Positions 15,965 to 48,962 of a stretch of 64,000 nucleotides of DNA are shown here, one piece after another. The translations under genes and the position numbers were made by a program. The stretch's first letter is position 1. Each line of letters opens with the position of its first letter. Below the pieces are notes generated by a model. The model saw only the letters and a program-made list of their open reading frames with translations, was not told the origin of the DNA and did no database searches. The stretch comes from the human T2T-CHM13v2.0 reference genome, Homo sapiens: NCBI RefSeq assembly GCF_009914755.1, contig NC_060943.1; one strand, given 5' to 3'.

Positions 15965-16429
15965 GTACGGTCTTTGGCGTTAGCGCTTCTCCCATCCCAT
16001 GAGTGCCCCCAGCAGAGTCCAGTCGGACTGTCATCCTTTCTGCGACTCTGGCGCTGGTCCCGAGCAGCTCACGGGCCCGTGTGCTTCCGGGTCTGAGATT
16101 GGCATGGTGGACCAGGTGGAGGGTGTGGCCTCTACTAGGAGGCAAATTCGTAAAGACCTCGGCTTGGGACTCCGGGAACTCGGGCCCCAGATCCTTGTTC
16201 GAGCTGGTCTTCAGTTTCCCCATCTGTACGCTGAAGAGCCTGGGGTCCAGTAACCCCCATCATCACCCAGTTTACAGAAGAGGAAACTGAGGCCCAGACG
16301 GGGAGCAGCTGACACCAAGTCGTTAAGAGAATCAGCGAAGGGGCTGGGAATCCAGGACCTGCGCCTTTTACCCACCGCGGCGCCGGTCTCACGTGCAGTC
16401 CCTTCGCTCTTCTCCCCTAGTTCGGTGCC

Positions 16430-17038
16430 ATGGCGTCCCAGGGTCGTCGGCGGAGGCCCCTGCGGAGGCCGGAGACGGTGGTGCCGGGGGAGGCGACCGA
16501 GACGGATTCCGAGCGCTCTGCGTCCTCGTCGGAGGAGGAGGAGCTGTACCTGGGTCCTTCGGGCCCGACGCGCGGCCGCCCCACGGGGCTGCGGGTGGCT
16601 GGGGAAGCCGCGGAGACCGACTCGGAGCCGGAGCCGGAGCCGGAACCGACGGCCGCGCCGAGGGACCTGCCTCCACTCGTGGTGCAGCGGGAATCGGCGG
16701 AGGAGGCCTGGGGCACGGAGGAGGCCCCGGCGCCCGCCCCCGCGCGCTCGCTCCTGCAACTTCGGCTGGCGGAGAGCCAGGCGCGGCTGGACCACGACGT
16801 GGCGGCCGCCGTGAGCGGTGTCTACCGCCGTGCAGGCCGCGACGTGGCCGCCCTGGCTAGTAGGCTGGCGGCAGCCCAGGCGGCGGGGCTGGCGGCGGCC
16901 CACAGCGTGCGCCTGGCGCGCGGGGACCTTTGTGCGCTGGCCGAGCGTCTGGACATCGTGGCTGGCTGCCGCCTGCTGCCGGACATCCGCGGCGTGCCAG
17001 GGACCGAGCCTGAGAAAGACCCGGGGCCGCGGGCCTAG
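16430..17038 (+). CDS. BLOC1S3: Biogenesis of lysosome-related organelles complex 1 subunit 3 (BLOS3, HPS8), single coding exon, 202 aa
   Basis: ORF MASQGRRRRPLRRPETVVPGEATETDSE...PGPRA* with Kozak GCCATGG, an acidic low-complexity N-terminal half and an Ala-rich coiled-coil C-terminal half. Confidence 0.98.
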   Translation: MASQGRRRRPLRRPETVVPGEATETDSERSASSSEEEELYLGPSGPTRGRPTGLRVAGEAAETDSEPEPEPEPTAAPRDLPPLVVQRESAEEAWGTEEAPAPAPARSLLQLRLAESQARLDHDVAAAVSGVYRRAGRDVAALASRLAAAQAAGLAAAHSVRLARGDLCALAERLDIVAGCRLLPDIRGVPGTEPEKDPGPRA

Positions 17039-17368
17039 CCATGATTCTACTTCCCAACCTGACTGCAATTTGGGGGTAGGCCTTGCTGCCTCTGGGACCT
17101 GACTCTGTCTCCTGTGTCTCTTATCACCCCCCACCCCCGCTCCCATCTTGGTGTCACCCATGGGGGCTAATCCGGTCCCCTTGGATAATGCTTTATATTG
17201 GATATAGTTCAACCCCTACTGCGGAGACCAGGGCCCCACTATCCTTAGATCTGGTTCCTCTCCCGATCCTGACCCTGCCGCCTGGTTCTGAGCCTTCCCC
17301 TGGGGCTTGGCTCCAGCCTTTGTTACATAGTTGCTCCTTAATCTGTTTCCACCCTGGGGGCTCACCAA

Positions 17369-18277
<909 letters not shown>

Positions 18278-18912
18278 TGATTTCTGTTTCCCAAGTCCAG
18301 CAGTGTCGTGGGATAGGTTTTGCTTTCTTTTACTGTCTCCATCCTACTTACACCTCCCTGATCCTGGGGTCTGGGGACTCCCCATGGTTTCCTTCCTTCT
18401 GCAGGCCCAAAATGATGGCCCCTCTTAACCCAAGGCAGGGGATCTTCCTCCCAACTCCCTGGACCAAGGTGGCATTTCCTGCACACCCCTCCAGGCCAAG
18501 ATGATGCTCGCTCTCAACTCTGTAGGCCAAGGTGGCGTCTCCTCTTGACTCTCCAGACCTAAAGTGACACCCTTCAGGCACTTCGGGCCCAATTCAGCCC
18601 AGTCCTGGTGCTTTCAGCGCCAGATGACAGCACTTTGCAGATAAGAACGATATGATGTGTGGATTTCACTACATTTGGCTCCTGGATGCTATAAAAGGAC
18701 TTGGATTTCTGACTTGGCTCAGGGACTGGGGTTAGCAGTCTCTTTCTGCTCCTTTTCACCTGTGTTTTCTTCCGATCCCAGCTCTGGTCCCTCAGCCGCA
18801 TTCATATTTACTCTCCTCTCCCAGCCTGATATCCCTGTCCCTCATCTCAACCCGAAGCCAAGATCTGAGCCCCCAAGATGGAGAATGGGGAGGAGCTTTT
18901 TATGGCGGACTG

Positions 18913-18918
18913 ATTAAA
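18913..18918 (+). terminator. BLOC1S3: Probable BLOC1S3 polyadenylation signal ATTAAA (3' UTR about 17039-18940)
   Basis: ATTAAA followed by a GT/T-rich downstream element (GGTTAGTTCCTTTTGTTT). Confidence 0.7.
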
Positions 18919-19639
18919 ACTCTTAAGCATTTACCCTTATGGTTAGTTCCTTTTGTTTCCCTATCTAAGCTAAGGGTGAGTTGGTTGATTTCTCTGAGAA
19001 TGGGGGTCCCGAGACCTCCATGCCTGGCTTATGGAAGGTGAAGCTGTAGTTGGGAAATCAGGGGCCCTAGATTTTTGCCCTGGTTCTGTATTTACTCGTA
19101 TTTTATTAATTCAACACACACGTTTTGGGTACCTGACCTGTGCTGCGGCTAGGGGTATAGCACCCAGTCCCTGCCCTCACAGAGGTCGCAGTCCAGTGGG
19201 AGAAACAGTAATAAGATGTTCTCATAGATAGTTCTAGTAATCATAATTTATAGTTTAATTTTTAAAAATAGAGATGATAGCCTGGCCAACATGGTGAAAC
19301 CCTGTAGTTATTAAAAATACAAAAATTTTGGGCGATGTATCACGCCTGTAATCCTAGCACTTTGGGAGGCCGAGGCACGTGCTAGTAATTCCAGCTACTC
19401 AGGGAGCTGGGGCATGAGAATCGCTTGAACCCTGGAGGCAGAGGTTGAAGTGACCCAAGATCGTGCCACTGCACTCCAGCCCGAGCGACAGAGCAGGACT
19501 CTGTCTCAAAAATAAATAGGCCAGGCGCAGTTACGCATGTCTTTAATCCCAGCACTTTGGGAGATCGAGGTAGGCAGATCACCTGAGGTCAGGAGTTCTA
19601 GACCAGCCTGGCCAACATGGTGAAACTCTATCTCCACTA

Positions 19640-19792
<153 letters not shown>

Positions 19793-20489
19793 TCAAAAAT
19801 AAATAAAAAATAATTAATTTTAAAAAATAAAATAGAGACGAGCTCTCACAATGTTGCCCAAGTTGGTCTTGAACTTCTGAGCTCAAGGGATTCTCCTGTC
19901 TTGACCTCCCAAAGGGCTAGGATTACAGGCATGAGCCACTGCACCCAGCCATAATTTATAATTTAGATACAATTTTCTTGGCACCATGATTAGAGCCATG
20001 AAGAAGTAAAGGAGCTTTATGAAGGTGGAGCGGGATCCACCTGACCTAATCTGGGCGGGAGAGAGGAAGTGATGAGTGGTGCTGGAGCTGAGCCCGGAAG
20101 GTGGAAGTAGGTGAAATGGGAGTAGGGTGAAGAGTTGCAGACAGGGAGAACAGCATATGCGAGGGCCCTGAGGCAGAAGGGAAAGGGACCATAACCTGTT
20201 TAACAGAAGAAGATGATTTCTGCTCTCCACCTAGAATGGAGAAGTGTGGGGTGGTTGTGGGGCAGGGGGGTGCTGAGTGCAGTACCAGAAGGGGCCAGAT
20301 AAAGGTGAGCTTTAAAAAAATTGTATTATTGGCTGTGCGCAGTGGCTCACGCCTGTAATTCCAGCACTTTGGGAGGTCGAGGCAGGCAGATCACCTGAAG
20401 TCAGGAGTTCGAGACCAGCCTGGCCAACGTGGTGAAACCCTGTCTCTACTGAAAATATAAAAATTAGGCATGGTGGCACATGCCTGTAA

Positions 20490-20948
<459 letters not shown>

Positions 20949-21287
20949 TAGTAGAGATGAGGTTTCACCATATTGGCCAGGCTGGTCTCAAACTCCTGAC
21001 CTTGTGATCTGCCTGCCTCTGCCTCCCAAAGTGCTGGGATTACAGGCATGAGCCACCACACCTGGTCAGGACTTCCCTTTTCAATGAGTTTAGCGAGAGT
21101 CCCTGAGGAGCTGAGCTGCCTGGGAGAGTGGCAGCTTAGTGGTCTCATGGTGGACTTCCAGCCCTGGAGCACAGAGCTTCCCTCACTCCTTAAACTCCAG
21201 CTCACTAGCCAGGCCTGGCTTTCAGCCCCTTTCTTTCTTTTTCCCTCCCTCCTTCCTTCCTTCCTTTCTTTCGGTGGGGTCTCACTA

Positions 21288-21767
<480 letters not shown>

Positions 21768-21845
21768 TCACGCCTGTAATCCCAGCACTTTGGGAGGCCG
21801 AGGTTGGTGGATCACGAGGTCAGGAGATCAAGACCATCCTGGCTA

Positions 21846-22163
<318 letters not shown>

Positions 22164-23139
22164 TCAGAAGAGGGAGAAGTCGTGATACAGGGGAAAGGTG
22201 GGAGAAAAGCCAGACCATTGTCCTGCAGTAGGTAAGAAGGGAGGAGGAGATAGCCCCCAAGGGGAAGGGCAACACTGGGGTAAGAGAGACTATTTGTGGC
22301 TAGTTGCAAGTCACTGGGTAGTGATGACCACTCTGGTCATCACTGCCTGGGAACTGGTCTGTCACCCCCACTGGACTGTTGGCCCCATGAGGACGGGGCT
22401 GAGGCTGTCTTGGCCAGGGCCAGCTAACCCAGGGAAACCACAGAGTAGATACTGGGCAAATTGTTTGTTGAATGAATGAATGGCCTTCACACCATCACAC
22501 GGCATCAGCCTCTCAGATGCATGGAGCTGTTGAGACGTTCGGGCACAGCCTCCCTCCAAAGGTGATGGGCACTCGGTCCCACATAACACATCACCCTCAG
22601 ATGTGCAGGATGAGAGGGTCAGACATGCACCAAAATGCTAATAACACCCACTCCACAAATATTTGCTAACCACATTTCAAGGGGAAAGGCATTCAAGGCA
22701 GAAAGAATAGCATGTGCAAAGAACCAGAGGCAGGAAAATCCTGGGGGTGCTTGTTTGGGCGAGATGAATTGTCTGTTGTGCATGGACTGCTATAGAGGGG
22801 CCTTTGGCAGGAGGGAGAGCTGAAGACTCAGTCAAGAGCCAGGCCACACAGGGCCAGAATGAGGAGCAGGGCTTTGTCCCAAGGGCCCTGGGGAGCCAAG
22901 GCAAGTTCCAAGCAGGAGAGAGGCAGGGACGAGTTTGTGCTTTAGCAAGAGATACCTAGATGGGTCAGGTGCGGTGGCTCATGCCTGTAATCCCAGGCCT
23001 TTGGAGGCCAAGGCAGATGGATCACCTGAGGTCAGAAGTTCGAAACCAGCCTGGCCAACATGGTGAAACCCCCGTCTCTACTGACAATACAAAAATCATT
23101 CTGGGCGTGGTGGTGTGCACCTGTAATTCCAGCTACTCA

Positions 23140-23319
<180 letters not shown>

Positions 23320-24877
23320 TCACTCTGTGTCCCCAGCACCACTAGCAAAGAGCAGGTGCACAGTAAACACATTTTGAATGAAGATATGAATGAAGGAAGT
23401 GGCAAACACTTGAATTATTGGACTTCTGTTGTCACTGAGAATAAAAGCCAAATCGTATATTATTATTATTATTATTTTAGAGATGGGATCTCACTACGTT
23501 GCTCAGGCTGGTCTTGAACTCCTGGGCTCAAGCAATCCTCCTACCTCGGCCTCCTAAAGTGAGCCACCATGCCCAGCCTGTAATCCCAGTACTTTGGGAG
23601 GCTGAGGCAGGCAGATCACCTGAGGTCAGTAGTTCGAAACCAGCCTGGCCAACACGGTGAAACCGTGTCTCTACTAAAAATACAAAAATTAGTCCAGTGT
23701 GGTGGCACGCACCTGTAATCCCAGCTACTCAGGAGGCTGAGGCAGAATGATCACTTGAACCTGGGACGTGGAGGTTGCAGTGAGCAGAGATCATGCAACT
23801 GCACTCCGGCCTGGGCGATAGAGTGAGACTCCGTCTCAACAACAACAACAAAAAAAAAGTGCTAGGGTTACAGGCATGAGCCACCACACCCAGCCTCAAC
23901 ACCACAGTCTTTACTGGGACATTGGAGGCCCTATGATCTGGTCCTGGGTCCATCTCGCTGAGCTCATAGACAACTGGCCACTTCACTGAGTAATACTGGA
24001 CTCTGGGCTGTCCTCTAAGCTGCCAGACAGAGCCTTTGCAATTTTGTTTTTCTCTGGCACTCAGCTCTGTATGGGCAGTGCCTATAGCAACATTGTATAA
24101 CAGGCAGTCAGCAGGCAGTCACTATTTGTTGACTTAATGAATGAATCCCCTGCAGCTCCACTGGAGAGGTCTGAACATCATCCTCATCAGTAGAAACCTG
24201 AGCTAGTTGGAGCAGGAGGCAAAGGAGATGGGTGGAGGCCAGGAGGACCAGGCTGGGAGAATTCCAGGATAGGGACTGGGGCAGGGGTCAGGGTCAGGGT
24301 CAGGGGCTGGAGCTGATGTCCAGCCAAGAGCAGAATCTAGAATGGAACTGGGACAGGGATGGGGGCTGGGGCCATGGGAGGGACAGGGCCAGGGGCTAGG
24401 GAGGGGACACGATTGGGGGCGACCTCGGTTAAGGGCCTGACTCCCCAACACCTCTCTTTCCAGAGCGGCTTCACAGCAGGACCACAGGAGTCATTGTGGC
24501 CAACTTCGCTGGAGGCTTGGAGATCTTTGGGGCCATTAAGGCAGAGCTGCAGGGCCTAGAGATTGAGATGCTGGGTATGTCCCCACACCTGCTTGGGGAG
24601 CCCCGCCAAGCTGCAGGCATCGCACACTGACCCAGGGCCCTTTGTGATCACCCTTCACCTGGCCCCATCTGGTCTCCTTGGGACTGTTGGGGTGACACAG
24701 CCTGTTCCCTCTCGCCCAGTGAACAATGTGGCATGCTGTATGCGCAGGGACGCTTGAGGAAGCTGCTCGACTGTGAGAATGTCGCCAGAGTGAAACAGAG
24801 TCCTAGCCCACCTGGCACCTCTTCCTCCAACTCTTTACTGCCCTCTGTTGGAAAACTCGCGTAATATACAAAGGTAA

Positions 24878-24996
24878 AGTCCTCACTTGGGTACCTGTGG
24901 GGGATTCCTTCCAGGACCCCCACTGATGCCCCAGACCCTAATACAAAATGGCCTAGTATGTGCACATAACCTATGCATACCCTCCCGTGCACTTTA
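24878..24996 (+). mobile_element. MER2-like Tigger fragment
   Basis: GTGGGGGATTCCTTCCAGGACC...AAAATGGCCTAGTATGTGCACATAACCTATGCATACCCTCCCGTGCACTTTA resembles MER2. Confidence 0.6.
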
Positions 24997-30620
<5,624 letters not shown>

Positions 30621-31034
30621 CTCATAATTGCTATCTCTTTATTGATTTTCTCATGTTGTTTGTATATTGGTTGTATATCATTTTCCTGATTTCCATTTAT
30701 TCTTTGTCTATGGTTTCCTTTAGCTCATAAAGCATATTTAAGACAGTCGATGATGTCTGTGACTAGTAATTCCAATGTCTGTGCTTCCTCAGAGATGGTC
30801 TCTGTCAAAAGAACTTTTTTTTACTATAAATAAGCCATACTTGCCCGTTTCTTTGTATGTTTTGTAGTATTTTTGTTGAAAATTGGACTTTTGGAGTATT
30901 ATAATATGTTAATTATTGAAATTGGATTCACCCTTTCCTTGGAGATTGCTGGGTTTTGCTTGTCAAGGGCTAGAGCCATCTGTTTGACTTTTTAAAACTG
31001 TTTTTGCAAAATGTGTATTCCTTTTGCTGTGTAG

Positions 31035-31392
<358 letters not shown>

Positions 31393-31857
31393 TGATCAGC
31401 CAGTGACCTGGAAAAGATTTTTTTTTTAATGTCTGGCTCCAAAAAGGGGAACAGGGAGTGTCTTTCTTGCCTTTTTAAATCTTCTGATGTATACTACCAG
31501 GGGAAGCCACTTCTGCTGAGATGGCTAAAACTAAGGTAAGTGTCTTCACCCATCGCTTGGGCACCACCAGACCAATCCAAATGCACAGCTCCAAAGTTTT
31601 GGAAGGCAAGGTTACCACTGCCCTCCCTGGTACTAGCTAGGCACTCCAAAGTCCCTAGAATTTGAATTTTTAAAATCTCCATTTACTGAGTAAATTGTCA
31701 ATTGGGATTTTTTAATATGTTGACTATATTAATCATAGTTATTTAAATATATATGTTGATTGGGCAGCCAAGGTGGGTGGATCATTTGAGGTCAGGAGTT
31801 TGAGACCAGCCTGGCCAGCATAGTGAAACCCCGTCTCTACTAAAAATACAAAAATTA

Positions 31858-32124
<267 letters not shown>

Positions 32125-32261
32125 CTAGCACCCCCATTCCTCAGCCCCATTGTGGGTATGGGGATAGCATCCTGCTCTCCATCAGGAGGACATAAAAATT
32201 TGGACAATTTGGGGACACTGTTTAGCAGTACTTCCTAAGATTAGAAATATGCATACCCCGT

Positions 32262-33080
<819 letters not shown>

Positions 33081-33571
33081 CCCGCGATCGTTCCATTTAT
33101 TTCCCTCTTGTTTATTATGAGCACATATGTGTTCCAAAAGACAGTGTGCTTAGATAAATTGTTTGTACCTTCAAACTAGACACAATCTAAATGTCAATCC
33201 ATTGGTGACTGGGTAAGTAAAGCATGCTACATTCATACAACAGACATTATAGCAATGAACACGAATGACCTTCTGCTGTACACAACATGAATGTATCTCA
33301 CAAGCATAATGTTCCACCAACAAAGCCAGAGCACATACCGTATGATTCCACTTATCTCCAGTCAGAACCAGGCAAAACCATGCTAGGGGTGTTGAAGGTC
33401 AGGACAGCAGTTAATTGGGGAGGAGGCAAGGGGTAATGACTGCATGAAGGGTTGCATCTGAGCCACTGTCAATATTGTATTTCTTCATAGGGGTGGAAAT
33501 TAAAGATTTGTGTTCACACTAAAAATTTGTGAACTCTGGTATGTGTGTTATACTTTTTTTTTTTTTTTTGA

Positions 33572-34540
<969 letters not shown>

Positions 34541-34833
34541 TAGTCATATGTCTTGGAGAGCATTCTAATCAGAATGAAAAACAGCTGAGCCATTCTGTTT
34601 ACTTATACGGTGACTAAGCCATCTGCTAGTCATTCCCCTATTGATGATCATTCAGGGTGTTCCGTATTGTTTGTGACTACATATGGTGTGGCAAAGAATA
34701 TCTTTGAATATATTCATTTCCCACATGTATGGGTATCTTGGAAAGAAACACATTTCCAGATGTGGAGTTGTTGGGTCAAAGGGTGAGTACATTTTAAATT
34801 CTGTTAGGTGCTACTTTATTTTTTAATTTTTTA

Positions 34834-35241
<408 letters not shown>

Positions 35242-35337
35242 TTAGCCGGGAGCGGTGGCTCACGCCTGTAATCCTAGCACTTTGGGAGGCCGAGGCGGGT
35301 GGATCACAAGGTCAGGAGATCAAGACCATCCTGGCTA

Positions 35338-35529
<192 letters not shown>

Positions 35530-35872
35530 TCAAAAAAAAAAAAAAAAATCAATTTTAGGAAAGTGTCTGAGAGAGATCAGTGACTCAGAAGAGTTTGAGT
35601 GGGGAAGTGCTCAGAAGCCATGGCTTCTTGCAGGGGGTATGGTCCCACAGGGGCCCACGGGGTTTCCTGGGCACAGGGACCCAAGTGGGACCTCAGCAGG
35701 TGGGTGGGATGCTGGGAGTGGAGGGGGCTGAGGGGTGTTCTTTCCTTTACTCCCTTATGGCTGCAGTGAGCTATGATCGTGCCACTGCACTCCAGCCTGG
35801 GTGACACAGTGAGACCTTATCTCAAAAAAAGAAAAAGAAGTCCAGGTGCGGTGGCTCACACCTGTAATCCTA

Positions 35873-36250
<378 letters not shown>

Positions 36251-36811
36251 TCAGGAGTTCAAGACCAGCCTGGCCAACATGGTGAAACCCCGTCTCTACT
36301 AAAATACAAAAATTAGCCAGGCATGATGGTGGGTGCCTGTAATCCCAGCTACTCAGGAGGCTGAAACAGGAGAATTGCTTGAACCTGGGAGACGGTGGTT
36401 GCAGTGACCCAAGATTGCACCACTGCACTCCAGCCTGGGTGGCTGAGCGAGACTCCGTCTCAAAAAAAAAAAAAAAAAAAAAAAAGATCTAGAAAGGAGA
36501 GTTAGGGAGTCCATGAAAAATCTCTAGCCAGCCCTCCTGAAGCACTAGACAGGGGAACAAGTCAGAGTTTGCAGGAAAATCTGGGAAGTCAGGCATATCC
36601 AACTATCAGAGTCATGGAAGGCTGTTGCCTCTGCATCTGGTGTTGAGCCCGAGGTCACTGGTGGTTAGCAGGGCAGAAAATTGAGAAGAGATAAACAGGA
36701 GTGTGGGGGAAACAAGGTCCCGAACACTTGCATCTGTCTCACCCTGCAGGGCAGAGCGAGAGCAAATGGGAACCCCCTAATGCATCTACATCTGTCTTTT
36801 CCCCCATCTAA

Positions 36812-42495
<5,684 letters not shown>

Positions 42496-42532
42496 TGGGG
42501 TAGCACCTCACCCCAAAAGCCCATTGGCTTAA

Positions 42533-42883
<351 letters not shown>

Positions 42884-43469
42884 TGATCTCGGTTTACTGC
42901 AAACCTCCGCCTCCTGGGTTCAAGCGATTCTCCTGCCTCAGCCTCCCGAGTAGCTGGGATGACAGGCACCCACCACCATGCCCCAGCTAATTTTTTTGTA
43001 TTTTCAGTAGAGACAGGGTTTCACCAAGTTGGCTAGGCTGGTCTTGAACCCCTGACCTCAGGTGATCCATGTGCCTCAGCCTCCCAAAATGCTGGGATTA
43101 CAGGTGTGAGCTACTGCACCCTGCCAAATGAGCCAATGATTGGGTGGAGTTTCTCAACTAGTTGCATTCAGATGGCAGCTGGGGCTGGAGTCATCCAAAG
43201 GCTCAGCTGGGCTGGAAATCCAAGATGGCGTCTTACATGTCTGACATCTCAGTTGGGATGGCTAGATCAGCTGCGGCTGACCAGTTATCTATCTCTCTCT
43301 CCATGCTGCCTCTTGCCATGCCCAGCTTCAGCTTCTGCATAGCATGGCAGTCTCAGGATATTCAGAATTTTTTTTTTTTCCCCAGATGGAATCTCACTCT
43401 GCCACCAAGGCTAGAGTGCAGTGGCATGATCTTGGCTCACTGCAACCTCCACCTCCAGGGTTCAAGTGA

Positions 43470-43574
<105 letters not shown>

Positions 43575-43669
43575 TAGGCTGGTCTCAAACTCCTGACCTC
43601 GCGTAATCCCCCCACCTTGGCCTCCCAAAGTGCTAGGATTACATGTGTGAGCTGCCATGCCTGGCTGAA

Positions 43670-45006
<1,337 letters not shown>

Positions 45007-45078
45007 CTATTATTTTCATGGTTTTTCCTGATTCATCTGGTCATTGTTCTCTTTTTCCACCTTCTTTTGGATTAATCA

Positions 45079-45122
<44 letters not shown>

Positions 45123-45656
45123 AGCAAGGATCTCACTCTTTTGCCCAGGCTGGAGTGCAGTGGTGTGATCATGGCTCACTTCTGCCTCGAACTCCTGGAC
45201 AAAAGTGATCCTCCTACCACAGCCTCTCCAGTAGCTGAGACTATAGGCGTGTGCCCCCACACCTAGTTAAATTTTTTTTTTTTTTTTTAATAGAGATGGT
45301 GTCTCATGTGCTGCCCAGGCTGGACTTGAACTCCTGGGCTCAAGTGATTCCTCCCGCCTTGGCCTCCCAAAGGGCTAGGATTATAGGCATGAGCCACTAT
45401 GACTGGCTGGATTAATCAAGTAATTTTTTTATGATTCCATTTTATCTCTTTTGTAGGCTTATTAGCTATAGCTCTTTGTTTTATTATTTTATTTATTTAT
45501 TTATTTGAGAGTTTCACTCTTGTCACCCAAGCTGGAGAGCAGTGGCACGACCTAGGCTCACTACAACCTCTGCCGCCTGGGTTCAACTGATTCCCCTGCC
45601 TCACTCAGCCTCCAGAGTAGCTGGGATTATAGGCGCCTGCCACCATGCCCAGCTAA

Positions 45657-45797
<141 letters not shown>

Positions 45798-46202
45798 TGA
45801 GACAGAGTCTCACTCTGTTGCCCAGGCTGGAATGCAGTGGCACGATATCGGCTTAGTGCAATCTCTGCCTCCCGGGTTCAAGTGATTTTCCTGCCTCAGC
45901 CTCCTGAGTAGCTGGGACTACAGGTGCCCGACACCAAGCCCGACTAATTTTTGTATTTTTAGTAGAGATGGGGTTTCGCCATGTTGGCCAGGCTGGTCTC
46001 AAACTCCTGACCTAAGGTGATCCACCCGCCTCGGCCTCCCAAAGTGCTGGGATTACAGGCGTGAGCCACCGCGCCTCACCTGCCTTGTTTTTTTAATGGT
46101 CACTGTAGAGTTTATAGTCCACATCTTTAACTTCTCGCAGTCTACATTCAAGTGCTACTGCACTCCACACTCCAGTGTGGGTGACAGAGCGAGACTCTGT
46201 CT

Positions 46203-46239
<37 letters not shown>

Positions 46240-46603
46240 AGCTGGGCGTGGTAGCGCACACCTATAGTCTCACCTACTCGGGAGGCTGAGTCACGAGAAT
46301 TGCTTGAACCCAGGAGGTGGAGGTTGCAGAGAGCTGAGATCACACCACTGCACCCCAGCCTGGGAGACAGAGCGAGACTCCATCTCAAAAAATTAAAAAA
46401 AATTTTTGCCTAGTGCTACACATAGGAATGTGCAGGTGCACACGCATACACCTGCATACACACACATGTGCACAGGTACACATAGGAGTGAGTAAAACCA
46501 GTGAAATTGGAAGATTAAGGTCTTAGAATTGAACTAATGTCAATGTCCTGTTTTGATGTTGTATTACAGTTATATAAGATGTTAGCATCAGGTAAGTGGA
46601 TGA

Positions 46604-46870
<267 letters not shown>

Positions 46871-47035
46871 TGACCTCCCAAAGTGCTGGGATTACAGGCG
46901 TGAGCCACCACACCCAGCCTCTCTTTTTGTAACTTCTTATGAATCTATAATCTCTTAGAAATAAAAATAATCAGTCAGGTGCCATCGCTCATACCTGTAA
47001 TCTCAGTACTTTGGGAGGCCGAGGTGGGTGGATCA

Positions 47036-47485
<450 letters not shown>

Positions 47486-47582
47486 CTACATAAAACTCAA
47501 TGAAAAAAAATAACATATCAAAATACATGACATGAGATAAAGTAATGCTTAGAAAGACATTGATAGATTTTTAAATGCTTAA

Positions 47583-47915
<333 letters not shown>

Positions 47916-47980
47916 TAAACTCCTGACCTCAAGTGATCCGCCCACCTTGGCCTCCCACAGTGCTGGGATTACACGCATAA

Positions 47981-48274
<294 letters not shown>

Positions 48275-48930
48275 TAGCCAGGATGGTCTCGATCTCCTGA
48301 TCTCGTGATCCGCCCGCCTCGGCCTCCCAAAGTGCTGGGATTACAGGCGTGAGCCACCATGCCCGGCCTATTTTATTTTTTTTGAGGCGGAGTTTCGCCC
48401 TTGTTGCCCAGGCTGGAGTGCAGTGGCACCATCTTGGCTCACCATCTTTGCTCACCGCAACCTCTGCCTCCCGGGTTCAAGCGATTCTCCTGACTCAGCC
48501 TTCCAAGTAGCTGTGATTATAGGCATGCGCCACCACGCCCGGCTAATTTTTGTATTTTTAGTAAAGATGGGGTTTCACTGTGTTAGCCAGGATGGTCTCC
48601 ATCTCCTGACCTCGTGATCCGCCCACCTCAGCCACCTCCCAAAGTGCTGGGATTACAGGCGTGAGCCATTGTGCCTGGCCAGAACTCTGTCTCAAAAACA
48701 AAACAAAACAAAACAAAATTATGCACATGAAAAACATCAGTCACAAAAGACTACGTTATGTATTTCCAAATGTGAAAAGTCCAAAATAGGTAGATTAATA
48801 GAGACAGAGAGATTAGTGTCTGCTTAGGGCTAGAAAGTTACTAGGGAGATTGGATATTAACTACAAATGAGTATGAGGTTTATTTAAAATTTTTTTATTG
48901 TGCTGAAATATACATAAAATTTACTATTTT

Positions 48931-48962
<32 letters not shown>

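Larger units (their letters stand above)
15090..17040. promoter_or_regulatory. CpG island covering TRAPPC6A exon 1, the shared promoter and the BLOC1S3 CDS
   Basis: Dense CpG and high GC relative to the CpG-depleted flanks. Boundaries approximate. Confidence 0.85.

Noticed and set aside
16211-17212. 333-aa antisense ORF and other overlapping ORFs across BLOC1S3
   Set aside because: Expected shadow of a very GC-rich CDS with few stop codons. The translation is Arg/Gly/Pro low-complexity and has no independent support.
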